A stretch of 32,000 bases of DNA from Pseudomonas aeruginosa (GTDB lineage Bacteria; Pseudomonadota; Gammaproteobacteria; Pseudomonadales; Pseudomonadaceae), in NCBI RefSeq assembly GCF_001457615.1, contig NZ_LN831024.1, positions 480,001 to 512,000 of the forward strand, in the 5' to 3' direction. The notes under the pieces are model-generated. The model was not told where the DNA came from, did no database searches, and worked only from the letters and a program-made list of their open reading frames with translations. Shown here piece by piece: positions 20,294 to 30,437 of this stretch (position 1 is its first letter; each line of letters starts with the position of its first letter). The position numbers and the translations under genes were made by a program.

Positions 20294-22491
20294 GGCTGGC
20301 CTGGCAGTGGCTGCGCGCCGGCCAGTTCCTTCTTCAGCAAGTGCGCGGCCAGGGTGCGCAGCGGGGCGAGCTGGCGGCAGATGTGCGCCAGTTGGGTCTG
20401 TACCAGGCGATGGCTGTCGTCCATGTCCTCGGGCATCTGCTCCAGTTCCTTGGCCAGCGCTTCCTCCTCTTCGCTGTAGATGGCGACCGGGCGTTTCTGT
20501 TCCAGGCTCGCGGCGATTTCCTCGAGGCTGGCGGAGAGCCGCTCGGCGGCGCGCTCCAGGAGGCCGTCGCTGGCGTCCTCGGGCAGGCTTTCGCGGTGCG
20601 CGCCGAGACCGGATAGATAGCTGAGCAGGGTGTGCGAGAGGACCAGGAAGCGGAAGCCGATCTCGGCGTCCTTCCTGAAGTGGCCGGGCTCCAGGAGCAT
20701 GTTCGACAGGGTGGTCGACAGCGCTGCGTCGGCGTTGTGCGCGTTGCGCCGGGCGGTGCGGTAGTCGAGGTCGTCGCGCTTGCCGGTGGCGTACTGCTGC
20801 ATGATCTGCCGCAGGTAACGGCTGTTGCAGGCGAGGGTGTTGGCGAGCATGCGGTTGAGCCGGCGGCCCTGCCAGTCGGGCAGCACCAGGAACACCGCGA
20901 GGCCGGCGATCAGGCTGCCCAGCAAGGTATCGAACAGGCGGGGCAGGATCAGCCCGTAGCCATCGCCGACCTGGTTGAAGCAGAACAGCACCAGCAGGGT
21001 GATCGCCGCCGTCGCCAGGGTATAGCGACTGCTGCGGGTGGCGAAGAAGGCGACCCCGGCGGCGACCGCGAACAGCGACTGCACCAGCGGGCTGGGGAAC
21101 AGGTCGATCAGCGCCCAGCCGACCACCAGGCCGACCACCGTACCGAGGATCCGCTGCACCAGGCGCAGGCGGGTCGCGCCATAGTTGGGCTGGCAGACGA
21201 ACACCGTGGTGAGCAGTATCCAGTAGCCCTGGGTCGGATGGATCCAGTGCAGCACGCCGTAGCCGGCGGTCAGCGCCAGGGCCATGCGCAGGCCGTGGCG
21301 GAACAGCAGCGAGGTCGGGGTGAGCTGCTGGCGCAGGCGCTCGAAGGCGTCCTTCAGGCTGCGCGGCGAGCGGTCGAGCAGGGCGCTGTCCTGTTCGTCG
21401 GCGATGGCGTCCGGGTTGCTCGCCCCGGCCAGCTTGCGGTCCAGCGTGGTGAGGTTGGCGGCCAGGGCGCCGAGCGAGCGAAGCAGGCCCTTCCAGGCCG
21501 GGTTGCTCTGCTGGCGCAGGTGTTCGAGCGAGGCCTGGAGATCTTCCAGGGCCAGCTCGCGGTCGGCGTAGTCGAACGGCTGGCGCAGGCGGATAGCCCG
21601 CGCCAGGGCCTGGCAGGCCTTGCCCTGCTGGTTGAGCAGGCGCTGGCAGCGGAACAGCACGTCGCTGTGGAAGAACGCCTCGGCCAGCCGGTTGTACGGG
21701 TAGTGCGAGGAACTGGCGCGCTCGTGGACGTCCTGGGCGATGAAATAGAGCTTCAGGTAGCGGCTCACCTTGGGGCCCGGCCGACCATGGCCGAGGCGGT
21801 TGAGAATGGTCTCCTTGGCCTGGTTCAGCGCCACCACCACCTTGCCGTTCTGCCGTGCCAGGGCGAGGCGCTGGCCCTCCACGTCGAGCTGGCGCAACGG
21901 TTCGAACAGGCTCGACTTGATCCTCAGGTATTCGCCCAGCTCGAAATACAGGCGGGAAAGACTCTGCTGCACCGGCTGGTTGGAGAACAGCGCGTTCCAC
22001 AGCACCGAGAGCAGCCCGTACCAGGCCGCCCCGGCCACCAGCAGCAGCGGTTCGTGCCAGACATCGGCGACCTCGCCGCCGCGCTGGTCCACGCCGATCA
22101 TGGTGTAGATCGAGAGGATCAGGGTCGCCGAGGCGATCGCCGCATAGCGCTCGCCGAGGGCGCCGAGGAGGATCATGCCGAACGCCGACAGCGCCATCCC
22201 GGAAACGAACAGCCAGGGATAGGGGAACAGCAACTCGACGGCGAAGGCGGCGACGCTGAAGCACAGCAGGGTCACCAGCAGCGCTTGCAGGCGGCCTAGC
22301 CAGTTGTCGTCGGTCTCCGCCAGGGCGCTGGCGATGATCCCGAGAAACAGCGGGATCAGCAGCTCGATGCGGTCCTGCCACCAGCACAGCAGCAGGGCGC
22401 CGGCCAGGGCGATGAATACCCGCAGGCTATAGGCGAACTTGTCGAGGGCCCAGAGGCGGCGGAGCGTGTGTGTCAACGAAGAGGGCGGCAT
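20290..22491 (-). CDS. FUSC/YccS-family integral membrane protein (putative efflux/aromatic acid exporter family)
   Basis: 733 aa: 'LRRLWALDKFAYSLRVFIALAGALLLCWWQDR', duplicated membrane blocks including 'MALALTAGYGVLHWIHPTQGYWILLTTVFVCQPNYGATRLRLVQRILGTVVGL'. Overlaps the convergent upstream gene stop by 4 bp. Confidence 0.88.
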   Translation of the reverse strand: MPPSSLTHTLRRLWALDKFAYSLRVFIALAGALLLCWWQDRIELLIPLFLGIIASALAETDDNWLGRLQALLVTLLCFSVAAFAVELLFPYPWLFVSGMALSAFGMILLGALGERYAAIASATLILSIYTMIGVDQRGGEVADVWHEPLLLVAGAAWYGLLSVLWNALFSNQPVQQSLSRLYFELGEYLRIKSSLFEPLRQLDVEGQRLALARQNGKVVVALNQAKETILNRLGHGRPGPKVSRYLKLYFIAQDVHERASSSHYPYNRLAEAFFHSDVLFRCQRLLNQQGKACQALARAIRLRQPFDYADRELALEDLQASLEHLRQQSNPAWKGLLRSLGALAANLTTLDRKLAGASNPDAIADEQDSALLDRSPRSLKDAFERLRQQLTPTSLLFRHGLRMALALTAGYGVLHWIHPTQGYWILLTTVFVCQPNYGATRLRLVQRILGTVVGLVVGWALIDLFPSPLVQSLFAVAAGVAFFATRSSRYTLATAAITLLVLFCFNQVGDGYGLILPRLFDTLLGSLIAGLAVFLVLPDWQGRRLNRMLANTLACNSRYLRQIMQQYATGKRDDLDYRTARRNAHNADAALSTTLSNMLLEPGHFRKDAEIGFRFLVLSHTLLSYLSGLGAHRESLPEDASDGLLERAAERLSASLEEIAASLEQKRPVAIYSEEEEALAKELEQMPEDMDDSHRLVQTQLAHICRQLAPLRTLAAHLLKKELAGAQPLPGQP

Positions 22492-22752
22492 GGGGGCGGA
22501 GTGCTATCCGATGGTCCGTGGTTCAGCCTATGTGGCCTGTCCGGCTAATTCAATCGGCCGATTTCGCGCGACTGGAAGTCCGCTGCCCGCCGCAGTCGCA
22601 GGAAGCGCTGCCGTGGGCAACTCGGTCGAGCCGGGCATCTGGCGGATGCAGGCTTCGTGCCTGCGAACGCTAAGACGTCGTCGCCGCGCCGAACGTTACC
22701 CGGCGGCGATATCGCGCGCCGGAGCGGGCCCGGCGAGCGAAGCGGCGGCGCG

Positions 22753-24129
22753 CTAAAGCAGGCGGACCTTGAACGAGCGACCCTTGATCTTGCCTTCGCT
22801 CAGGCGCTTGAGGGCCTGGTGGGCGAGGCCCCGCTCGATGGCGACGAAGGCCTGGAAGTCGAAGATGGCGATCTTGCCCACCGCGCTGCCGGGCAGCCCG
22901 GCGTCGCCGGTGAGGGCACCGAGCAGGTCGCCGGGGCGCACCTTGTCCTTGCGTCCGCCGGCGATGCACAGGGTGCTCATCGGCGGCAGCAATGGCTCCG
23001 GGCTGGCCTTCAACTGGCCGAGGGCGTACCAGGCCAGCGGCTGCTTCTGCAGGTCCTCGATGGCCTGCGCGCGGCTGGCCTCGGCCGGCGCCACCAGCGA
23101 CAGGGCCAGGCCTTTCTCGCCGGCGCGACCGCTGCGTCCGATGCGATGGATGTGGACCTCCGGGTCACGCGCCAGCTCGACGTTGATCACCGTTTCCAGG
23201 GCGGCGATGTCCAGCCCGCGGGCGGCCACGTCGGTGGCCACCAGTACGTTGCAACTGCGGTTGGCGAACACCGTCAGGACCTGGTCGCGCTCGCGCTGCT
23301 CCAGGTCGCCGTGCAGGGCCAGGGCGGAAATCCGCTGCGCCTTCAGTGCGTCGGCCAGCTCCTGGCACTGCTGGCGGGTCTGGCAGAAGGCCACGCAGGA
23401 CTGCGGCCGGAAATGCTGGAGCAGGCGTACCACGGCGTCCATGCGCTGCTTCGGATCGATCTCGAAGAAGCGCTGCTCGATCTGGCTGTCGGCGTGCAGC
23501 GACTCGACCTTCACCTGTCGCGGATCGCGCATGAAGGTCTTCGCCAGCTTCTCGATGCCGTCCGGGTAGGTGGCGGAGAACAGCAGGGTCTGCCGGCGCT
23601 CGGGGAGCTGGCCGATGATCTCGGCGATGCTGTCGTAGAAGCCCATGTCGAGCATCCGGTCGGCTTCGTCGAGGACCAGGGTATTGAGCCCGTCGAGGAC
23701 CAGGGTGCCCTTGCGCAGGTGCTCCTGGATGCGCCCCGGGGTGCCGACCACCACGTGCGCGCCGTGCTCCAGCGAAGCCACCTGCGGGCCGTAGGGGACG
23801 CCGCCGCAGAGGGTCAGGACCTTGATGTTGTCGGCGGCGCGGGCCAGCCGGCGGATCTCCTTGGCGACCTGGTCGGCCAGTTCGCGGGTCGGGCACAGCA
23901 CCAGCGCCTGGCAGCCGAAGTAGCGCGGGTTCAGCGGGCTGAGCAGGGCGAGGCCGAAGGCCGCGGTCTTGCCGCTGCCGGTCTTGGCCTGGGCGATCAG
24001 GTCGTGGCCCTGGAGGATCAGCGGCAGGCTCTGCGCCTGGATCGGCGTCATCTCCCGGTAACCGAGGGAGTCGAGATTGGCCAGGAGGTCCGCGGAAAGC
24101 GGCAGCGAGGAGAAAGCGGTGGAGGTCAC
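22753..24129 (-). CDS. dbpA: ATP-dependent RNA helicase DbpA (DEAD-box)
   Basis: 458 aa: 'AQAKTGSGKTAAFGLALL', 'LVLDEADRMLDMGF', 'HIHRIGRSGRAGEKGLA'. C-terminal DbpA-type domain 'STLCIAGGRKDKVRPGDLLGALTGDAGLPGSAVGKIAIFDFQAFVAIERG'. Confidence 0.93.
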   Translation of the reverse strand: MTSTAFSSLPLSADLLANLDSLGYREMTPIQAQSLPLILQGHDLIAQAKTGSGKTAAFGLALLSPLNPRYFGCQALVLCPTRELADQVAKEIRRLARAADNIKVLTLCGGVPYGPQVASLEHGAHVVVGTPGRIQEHLRKGTLVLDGLNTLVLDEADRMLDMGFYDSIAEIIGQLPERRQTLLFSATYPDGIEKLAKTFMRDPRQVKVESLHADSQIEQRFFEIDPKQRMDAVVRLLQHFRPQSCVAFCQTRQQCQELADALKAQRISALALHGDLEQRERDQVLTVFANRSCNVLVATDVAARGLDIAALETVINVELARDPEVHIHRIGRSGRAGEKGLALSLVAPAEASRAQAIEDLQKQPLAWYALGQLKASPEPLLPPMSTLCIAGGRKDKVRPGDLLGALTGDAGLPGSAVGKIAIFDFQAFVAIERGLAHQALKRLSEGKIKGRSFKVRLL

Positions 24130-24394
24130 GGGGCAGGGCTCGGCAGGCGATACGAGCGGCTAGTCTAGCAGCCTGCGGCGGCTTGCCGCGTGCGATCGCC
24201 GCCGGAGCAGCAGCGACAGGCAATGTATCTTTGGCCAGTACCGTTCGTCCGAAAAACGAAAAAAGCGCGTTTCTGTATTTTTATACAGGTTCGCTTTCCT
24301 CAGTTTTTTGTCGTAGAGTGCTGACACTGTGTTTGCATGGGTCGCCGTCGATCGTGACCTGATGCGGTCGGAAATTCCAGCCCGTCCTGCTCGA

Positions 24395-24476
24395 CTCCTT
24401 GTAACTCCTTGCAACTCAGTTACCGGCTACGATTTCGTGGCTAAATCAATACCCATAGTTCCAAGGAGAACTTGCA
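24395..24476 (+). promoter_or_regulatory. Cold-shock gene leader segment with two anti-SD heptamers
   Basis: CTCCTTG at 24395-24401 and 24405-24411, both exactly complementary to the SD region CAAGGAG at 24462-24468. Confidence 0.4.
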
Positions 24477-24686
24477 ATGTCCCGTCAGAACGGCACCGTT
24501 AAGTGGTTCAACGAAACCAAAGGCTACGGCTTCATTACCCCGGAAAGCGGCCCGGACGTTTTCGTTCACTTCCGTGCCATCGAAGGTAACGGCTTCAAGA
24601 CCCTGGCCGAAGGCCAGAAGGTCAGCTTCGAAGTCGTACAAGGCCAGAAAGGCATGCAGGCCGAGCGCGTTCAGGTGATCAACTAA
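24477..24686 (+). CDS. CspA-family cold-shock protein
   Basis: 69 aa '[69 protein letters not shown]' with RNP1 and RNP2 motifs. Strong SD AAGGAG. Confidence 0.97.
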   Translation: MSRQNGTVKWFNETKGYGFITPESGPDVFVHFRAIEGNGFKTLAEGQKVSFEVVQGQKGMQAERVQVIN

Positions 24687-24709
24687 GATCCCTGGGCCCC
24701 AGCCCGAAG

Positions 24710-24740
24710 AACCCGGATGGAAGCATCCGGGTTTTTTATT
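24710..24740 (+). terminator. Rho-independent terminator of the cold-shock gene
   Basis: AACCCGGATG gaag CATCCGGGTT followed by TTTTATT; 10-bp perfect stem and U-tract. Confidence 0.92.
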
Positions 24741-24836
24741 GCCCGGAGAAAACCGTCACACTGTCTTCGCCTGCCGTTCACCCTGTCTTGACGAGTTCCC
24801 GCCCAGAGTGGCCCGGTCCCGTTCGGAGTCGTTTCG

Positions 24837-25361
24837 ATGAAGCCTGTGCAATCCCGTCGTCTGGCCTTCGCCGCGCTGTTGTCGCTGTCGTTCTCTTCCG
24901 CGTCCTGCCATGCCGCCACCGAGCACTGGGGCTGGATCGAGCAGTCCTGGCTGATGCCCGAGCGCATGCAGGCCAAGGCCAAGCTGGATACCGGCGCGCT
25001 GACCTCGTCGCTGGACGCGAGGAATATCCATCGCTACAGGAAGGACGGCGAGCGCTGGGTGCGCTTCGATGTCGTGCTGCCCACCGCCGACAGCAAGGCG
25101 CCGGTCAGCGTGACCTTCGAGCGCAAGGTGCTGCGGCTGATCAAGGTACGCGGCGCCGGCGGCAGCGACAGCCGTCCGGTGGTGGCGATGGACATCTGCC
25201 TGGGCGCCAAGCTGCTGCGCGAGCAGTTCTCCCTGCGCGACCGCGGCAACATGAACTATCCGGTGCTGCTCGGTCGCCGCACGCTCGAACACCTCGGCGC
25301 GGTCGACGTGTCCCGAACCTTTACCCGCAAACCTACCTGCAGCGCGCTCGCCGCTCAGTAG
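24837..25361 (+). CDS. Retropepsin-like / 'ATP-dependent zinc protease' family secreted protein
   Basis: 174 aa with signal peptide; 'AKLDTGALTSSLDARNI' and 'NYPVLLGRRTLEHLGAVDVSRTF'. Confidence 0.82.
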   Translation: MKPVQSRRLAFAALLSLSFSSASCHAATEHWGWIEQSWLMPERMQAKAKLDTGALTSSLDARNIHRYRKDGERWVRFDVVLPTADSKAPVSVTFERKVLRLIKVRGAGGSDSRPVVAMDICLGAKLLREQFSLRDRGNMNYPVLLGRRTLEHLGAVDVSRTFTRKPTCSALAAQ

Positions 25362-25729
25362 AAGAACCAGCGCAGCAGTCCAGCGCCCAGCGCCACCCAG
25401 AACAGCACGATCAGCGCAGCCATCCACAGGTTGCGCGGGTGCGTCTCGACCTCGCGAGCCCGCGCGCGGCACTCGGCGAGCAGCGTGGGTGGGGTGAGGC
25501 GGATCGCCAGCCAGATCCCCAGCGGCACCAGCAACAGGTCGTCGAGGTAGCCGAGCAGCGGTATGAAGTCCGGGATCAGGTCGATCGGACTCAGCGCATA
25601 GGCCACCACCAGCAGAGCCACCAGTCGGGCCAGCCAGGGCATGTGCGGATGGCGGCTGCACAGCCAGAGGACGATGACCTCGGTCTTCAGCTCGCGAGCC
25701 CAGCGCTTGAGCGTAGCGATCCAGGCCAT
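25355..25729 (-). CDS. YkvA-family (DUF1232) membrane protein
   Basis: 124 aa: 'WLARLVALLVVAYALSPIDLIPDFIPLLGYLDDLLLVPLGIWLAIRLTP' is the DUF1232 signature. Confidence 0.9.
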   Translation of the reverse strand: MAWIATLKRWARELKTEVIVLWLCSRHPHMPWLARLVALLVVAYALSPIDLIPDFIPLLGYLDDLLLVPLGIWLAIRLTPPTLLAECRARAREVETHPRNLWMAALIVLFWVALGAGLLRWFFY

Positions 25730-25730
25730 C

Positions 25731-27164
25731 CTAGAGGTCCGGGTCCTTTTCCGGATCGACCCGGCGCGGGCTGGTGCGACCGTCCTCGCTGCCGAGCTGG
25801 AAGAAGATCGCCGCGGCCAGCATCGACATCAGGCCGACGCTGACATAGGTGGCGTGGAAGGCGCCGAGTACGGTGTCCTGCCCCGTATCCAGGTCGGTCT
25901 GGAAACCGCCCAGCAACGCCGCCGCGCAAGCCACGCCGAGGCTGATCGACAACTGCACGACCACCGACATCAGGCTGTTGCCGCTGCTGGCGTTGCTGTC
26001 CTGCAGGTCGATCAGGGTGAGGGTGTTCATCGCCGTGAATTGCAGGGAGTTCACCGCGCCGAGCAGGCTCAGGTGCAGCAGCAGCCAGACGTAGGGGGTG
26101 TCCTGGTCGACCAGGCCGAAGCCGGCGATCAGGCAGCCGAGGATCAGGGTGTTGCCGACCAGCAGCTTGCGATAGCCGAAGAAGTCCAGCAGTGGCTTGG
26201 CCATCGGCTTGGCGACCATCGCGAACAGCGCCAGCGGGATCATGGTCATGCCCGCGGTGGAGGGCGGGTAGCCCAGTCCCACCTGCAGCAACAGCGGGGT
26301 GAGGAAGGGCAGGGCGCCGCTGCCCAGGCGGGCGAACAGGTTGCCGAGGATGCCGACGGCGAAGGTCCGCGCCTTGAACAGGCTCGGTGGGAACAGCGGC
26401 TTGTCGATGCGTAGCGCGCGCAGCCAGTAGGCGGTGAGCAGGACCAGTCCGCCGATCAGCAGCAGGACCACGCGCAGGTGCGACAGGTGCAGCTCGCCGA
26501 GTCCTTCCAGGGCGATGGAGATCAGCACCATGGAGCCGCCGAAGAGCAGGAAGCCGATGCTGTCGAAACGGCTCGGCACCGGGCTGCGCAGGTCCGGCAT
26601 CAGCTTCATCGCCACCAGGCAGCCGAGCAGGCCGACCGGCAGGTTGATCAGGAAGATCCAGTGCCAGGAGGCGTACTCCACCAGCCAGCCGCCCAGCGTC
26701 GGTCCCGCCAGCGGGCCGAGCAGGCCGGGAATGGTGACGAAGCTGAGCACCCGCACCAGGTCCTGGCGCGGGTAGACGCGCAGGATCACCAGCCGTCCCA
26801 CCGGCATCATCAGCGCGCCGCCGACGCCCTGTACGATGCGCGCCCCGACCAGCAGTTCGAGGCTCGGCGACAGCGCGCAAAGCAACGAGCCGAGGCTGAA
26901 CAGCAGTACCGCGCCGAGGAACACCCGGCGCGTGCCGAAACGGTCGGCGATCCACCCCGAGGCCGGTATCAGCAGGGCCACCGTGAGCAGGTAGGCGATC
27001 ACCACCGCCTGCATGCGCAGCGGGTTTTCGTTCAGCGAACTGGCCATGCTCGGCAGCGCGGTGTTGAGGATGGTGCCGTCGAGGGCTTGCATGAAGAAGG
27101 CGACGGCAACCAGCCAGGGCAGTTGGCGGGCGATGCGGGGGGTGAGCTGGAACGGCTCGCTCAT
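25731..27164 (-). CDS. DHA2-type MFS multidrug exporter (EmrB/QacA, MdtD-like)
   Basis: 477 aa from 'MSEPFQLTPRIARQLPWLVAVAFFMQALDGTILNTALPSMASSL'; 'GWIADRFGTRRVF' and 'GPLAGPTLGGWLVEYASWHWIFLINLPVG'. ORF-track start at 27350 judged too long. Confidence 0.92.
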   Translation of the reverse strand: MSEPFQLTPRIARQLPWLVAVAFFMQALDGTILNTALPSMASSLNENPLRMQAVVIAYLLTVALLIPASGWIADRFGTRRVFLGAVLLFSLGSLLCALSPSLELLVGARIVQGVGGALMMPVGRLVILRVYPRQDLVRVLSFVTIPGLLGPLAGPTLGGWLVEYASWHWIFLINLPVGLLGCLVAMKLMPDLRSPVPSRFDSIGFLLFGGSMVLISIALEGLGELHLSHLRVVLLLIGGLVLLTAYWLRALRIDKPLFPPSLFKARTFAVGILGNLFARLGSGALPFLTPLLLQVGLGYPPSTAGMTMIPLALFAMVAKPMAKPLLDFFGYRKLLVGNTLILGCLIAGFGLVDQDTPYVWLLLHLSLLGAVNSLQFTAMNTLTLIDLQDSNASSGNSLMSVVVQLSISLGVACAAALLGGFQTDLDTGQDTVLGAFHATYVSVGLMSMLAAAIFFQLGSEDGRTSPRRVDPEKDPDL

Positions 27165-27537
27165 GGACGGGCTCCCTCGGGCGGACAGGGCCCAAGCATA
27201 GAGAAGTTCTCGCCGCGATGGGACGGCCGGCGACCGGATCGGGGCGAACAGCGGGCATTGCGGCGGAAGTCGCGGCCAGAGAGGTCGCCTTTCATTGTCC
27301 TGGGTCAAGCCGAAGCGCTGGCGCTCGCCGGCTGCTGTGCTAGTACTCAAGAGTCACCCCGTCAGTGGCTGCGGATGCGACGTCGGCGCTTCGTCATCGC
27401 ACGGACATGTCCCGCGTTGCATGCTCGACGGCGCGTGCTTCACCGCCTTGTCGCGATGTTCTCCACGCAGCGCTCGGCGACCCCGGTCGCCGCTGCCGTC
27501 GCCGAAGCCCACCTTCCGTGGAAACAGGAGTCCTCCC

Positions 27538-30336
27538 ATGGCCCAGGAACTTTGCGCTATCTGCCACGAACGTCCCGCCGTCGCCCGCGTCAGCCTGGTA
27601 CAGAACGGCCAGCGCCGCGAACTCGCCCTCTGCGAACTGCATTACCGCCAGTTGATGCGCCAGCAGCGCATGCGCTCGCCGCTGGAGTCGCTGTTCGGCG
27701 GCGGCAGCCCGTTCGACGAGATCTTCTCCGGCTTCGGCGAGCAGAGCCCGGTCACCCCGGTGCGCGCCCGCGAGCCGGAGGCGGTGGACATCGCCGAGTA
27801 CTTCAGCAAGCAGACCACCGAGTACCTGCAACGCGCCGCGCAGGTCGCCGCCGAATTCGGCAAGCGCGAAGTGGACACCGAGCACCTGCTCTACGCCCTG
27901 GCCGACGCCGACGTGGTGCAGGCGGTGCTCAAGCAGTTCGGCCTGTCGCCGGCCGACCTCAAGCAGTACATCGAGGCCAACGCCGTGCGCGGCGCCAGCA
28001 AGGGCGAGGCGAGCGAGGACATGACCATCTCGCCGCGGGTGAAGAGCGCCTTGCAGCATGCCTTCGCCCTGTCCCGCGAACTCGGCCACAGCTATGTCGG
28101 CCCCGAGCACCTGTTGCTCGGCCTGGCGGCGGTGCCGGACAGCTTCGCCGGGACGCTCCTGAAGAAGTACGGCCTGACCGAGCAGGCGCTACGGCAGAAA
28201 GCGGTCAAGGTGGTCGGCAAGGGCGCCGAGGACGGCCGCGTGGACGGCCCGAGCAACACTCCGCAACTGGACAAGTTCAGCCGCGACCTGACCCGGCTGG
28301 CCCTCGAAGGCAAGCTCGATCCGGTGATCGGCCGCTCGAAGGAAGTCGAGACCACCATCGAGGTGCTCGCCCGGCGCAAGAAGAACAACCCGGTGCTGAT
28401 CGGCGAGCCCGGCGTCGGCAAGACCGCCATCGTCGAAGGCCTGGCCCAGCGCATGGTCCAGGGCGAGGTGCCGGAGGTGCTGCGCGACAAGCGCCTGGTC
28501 GAACTGAACATCAACGCCATGGTCGCCGGCGCCAAGTACCGCGGCGAGTTCGAGGAACGCCTCAAGCAGGTGATGGACGAACTGCAGGCGGCGCAGAGCG
28601 AGATCATCCTGTTCATCGACGAGGTGCACACCATCGTCGGTGCCGGCCAGGGCGGCGGCGAAGGCGGGCTGGACGTGGCCAACGTGCTGAAGCCGGCGAT
28701 GGCGCGCGGCGAGATGAACCTGATCGGCGCCACCACCCTCAACGAGTACCAGAAGTACATCGAGAAGGACGCCGCGCTGGAGCGGCGCTTCCAGCCGGTG
28801 TTCGTCCCCGAGCCGACGGTGGAGCAGACCATCTCCATCCTCCGTGGCCTGCGCGACAAGCTCGAAGGCCACCACAAGGTGACCATCCGCGACGAGGCCT
28901 TCGTCGCCGCCGCCGAGCTGTCCGACCGCTACATCGGCAACCGCTTCCTGCCGGACAAGGCCATCGACCTGATCGACCAGGCCGCCGCCCGCGTGCGCAT
29001 CGCCAGCACCTCGCGGCCGGCCGAGATCCAGGAACTGGAGGCCGAGCTGGCGCAGCTCAAGCGCGAGCAGGACTACGCCGCCAGCCGCAAGTGGTACGAC
29101 GAGGCGAAGGTCTTCGAGAAACGCATCCAGGAACGCAAGGAACACCTCGAGCAGATCACCGAGCGCTGGCAGCAGACCCAGGGGTCGAAGACCGAGGAGG
29201 TGCGGGTCGAGGACATCGCCGAGATCATCTCCAAGCTCACCGGCATCCCGGTCACCGAACTGACCGCCGAGGAGCGCGAGAAGCTCCTGCAGATGGAAGA
29301 GCGCCTGCACCAGCGGGTGATCGGCCAGCAGGAAGCGATCACCGCGGTCAGCGACGCCGTGCGCCTGGCCCGCGCCGGGCTGCGCCAGGGCAGCCGGCCG
29401 ATCGCCACCTTCCTGTTCCTCGGCCCGACCGGGGTGGGCAAGACCGAGCTGGCCAAGGCCCTGGCCGAGGTGGTGTTCGGCGACGAAGACGCGATGATCC
29501 GCATCGACATGAGCGAATACATGGAGCGCCACGCGGTGTCCCGGCTGATCGGTGCGCCGCCGGGCTACGTCGGCTACGACGAGGGCGGCCAGCTCACCGA
29601 GCGGGTGCGCCGGCGGCCGTACAGCGTGATCCTGCTCGACGAGATCGAGAAGGCCCACGCCGACGTCAACAACATCCTCCTGCAGGTGTTCGACGACGGC
29701 CGCCTGACCGACGGCAAGGGGCGCGTGGTGGACTTCACCAACACCATCATCATCGCCACCAGCAACCTCGGCTCCGAGCTGATCATGAAGAACGCCCAGG
29801 CCGGCGAGTTCGCCCAGCCGCCGGAGAAGCTCAAGCGCGAACTGATGACTACCCTGCGCGGGCATTTCCGCCCGGAATTCCTCAACCGCCTCGACGAGGT
29901 GATCGTCTTCGAATCGTTGAGCAAGGCGCAGATCGAGGACATCGTGCGCCTGCAACTGGAGCGGGTGAAGCGCGCCGCGCACGCCCAGGACATCTACCTG
30001 CACATCGACGACAGCCTGGTCGGCCACCTCGCCGAAGAGGCCTACCAGCCGGAGTTCGGCGCCCGCGAGCTGAAGCGGCAGATCCGCCAGCAACTGGAGA
30101 CGCGCCTGGCCACGGCGATGCTCAAGGGCGAGGTGAAAGAGGGCGAGACGGTCACCTTCTTCTACGACGCCAAGGACGGCGTCGGCTACCGCAAGGGCGC
30201 CGCGCCGAAGCCGGCGGCACGCAAGAAATCCGGCGCCGGCGAGACGCCCAAGGGCCGCGCGACGGCGGCGAGGAAGCCGGCGGCGAAGAAAGGCGCCGCC
30301 GCCAAGGGCAAGGCCGACAAGCCGAAGGCCAAGTGA
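27538..30336 (+). CDS. clpG: Clp/Hsp100 AAA+ ATPase of the ClpG/ClpK-like disaggregase type (often annotated ClpA/B or ClpC)
   Basis: 932 aa from '[22 protein letters not shown]'. Two AAA+ modules ('[13 protein letters not shown]', '[13 protein letters not shown]', '[16 protein letters not shown]', '[14 protein letters not shown]'), N-terminal CxxC...CxxH motif, Clp_N repeats and a short middle domain. Confidence 0.85.
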   Translation: MAQELCAICHERPAVARVSLVQNGQRRELALCELHYRQLMRQQRMRSPLESLFGGGSPFDEIFSGFGEQSPVTPVRAREPEAVDIAEYFSKQTTEYLQRAAQVAAEFGKREVDTEHLLYALADADVVQAVLKQFGLSPADLKQYIEANAVRGASKGEASEDMTISPRVKSALQHAFALSRELGHSYVGPEHLLLGLAAVPDSFAGTLLKKYGLTEQALRQKAVKVVGKGAEDGRVDGPSNTPQLDKFSRDLTRLALEGKLDPVIGRSKEVETTIEVLARRKKNNPVLIGEPGVGKTAIVEGLAQRMVQGEVPEVLRDKRLVELNINAMVAGAKYRGEFEERLKQVMDELQAAQSEIILFIDEVHTIVGAGQGGGEGGLDVANVLKPAMARGEMNLIGATTLNEYQKYIEKDAALERRFQPVFVPEPTVEQTISILRGLRDKLEGHHKVTIRDEAFVAAAELSDRYIGNRFLPDKAIDLIDQAAARVRIASTSRPAEIQELEAELAQLKREQDYAASRKWYDEAKVFEKRIQERKEHLEQITERWQQTQGSKTEEVRVEDIAEIISKLTGIPVTELTAEEREKLLQMEERLHQRVIGQQEAITAVSDAVRLARAGLRQGSRPIATFLFLGPTGVGKTELAKALAEVVFGDEDAMIRIDMSEYMERHAVSRLIGAPPGYVGYDEGGQLTERVRRRPYSVILLDEIEKAHADVNNILLQVFDDGRLTDGKGRVVDFTNTIIIATSNLGSELIMKNAQAGEFAQPPEKLKRELMTTLRGHFRPEFLNRLDEVIVFESLSKAQIEDIVRLQLERVKRAAHAQDIYLHIDDSLVGHLAEEAYQPEFGARELKRQIRQQLETRLATAMLKGEVKEGETVTFFYDAKDGVGYRKGAAPKPAARKKSGAGETPKGRATAARKPAAKKGAAAKGKADKPKAK

Positions 30337-30385
30337 CCCGACCAAGGTTGGGGAACAAGGCACCGGCCGGTCGGTCGAAATCTCA

Positions 30386-30410
30386 CCCCGGCCTGCGAAT
30401 GCGGCCGGGG
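30386..30410 (+). terminator. Candidate hairpin downstream of clpG
   Basis: CCCCGGCC tgcgaatgc GGCCGGGG, perfect 8-bp GC stem; no U-tract. Confidence 0.4.
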
Positions 30411-30437
30411 CGTTCGATATCTCATGAGGAATTGCCG

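Noticed and set aside
22714-22753. GC-rich inverted repeat GCGCGCCG...CGGCGCGC after dbpA
   Set aside because: Only 8-bp arms in extreme GC context with a 24-nt loop and no U-tract; such matches are likely by chance here.
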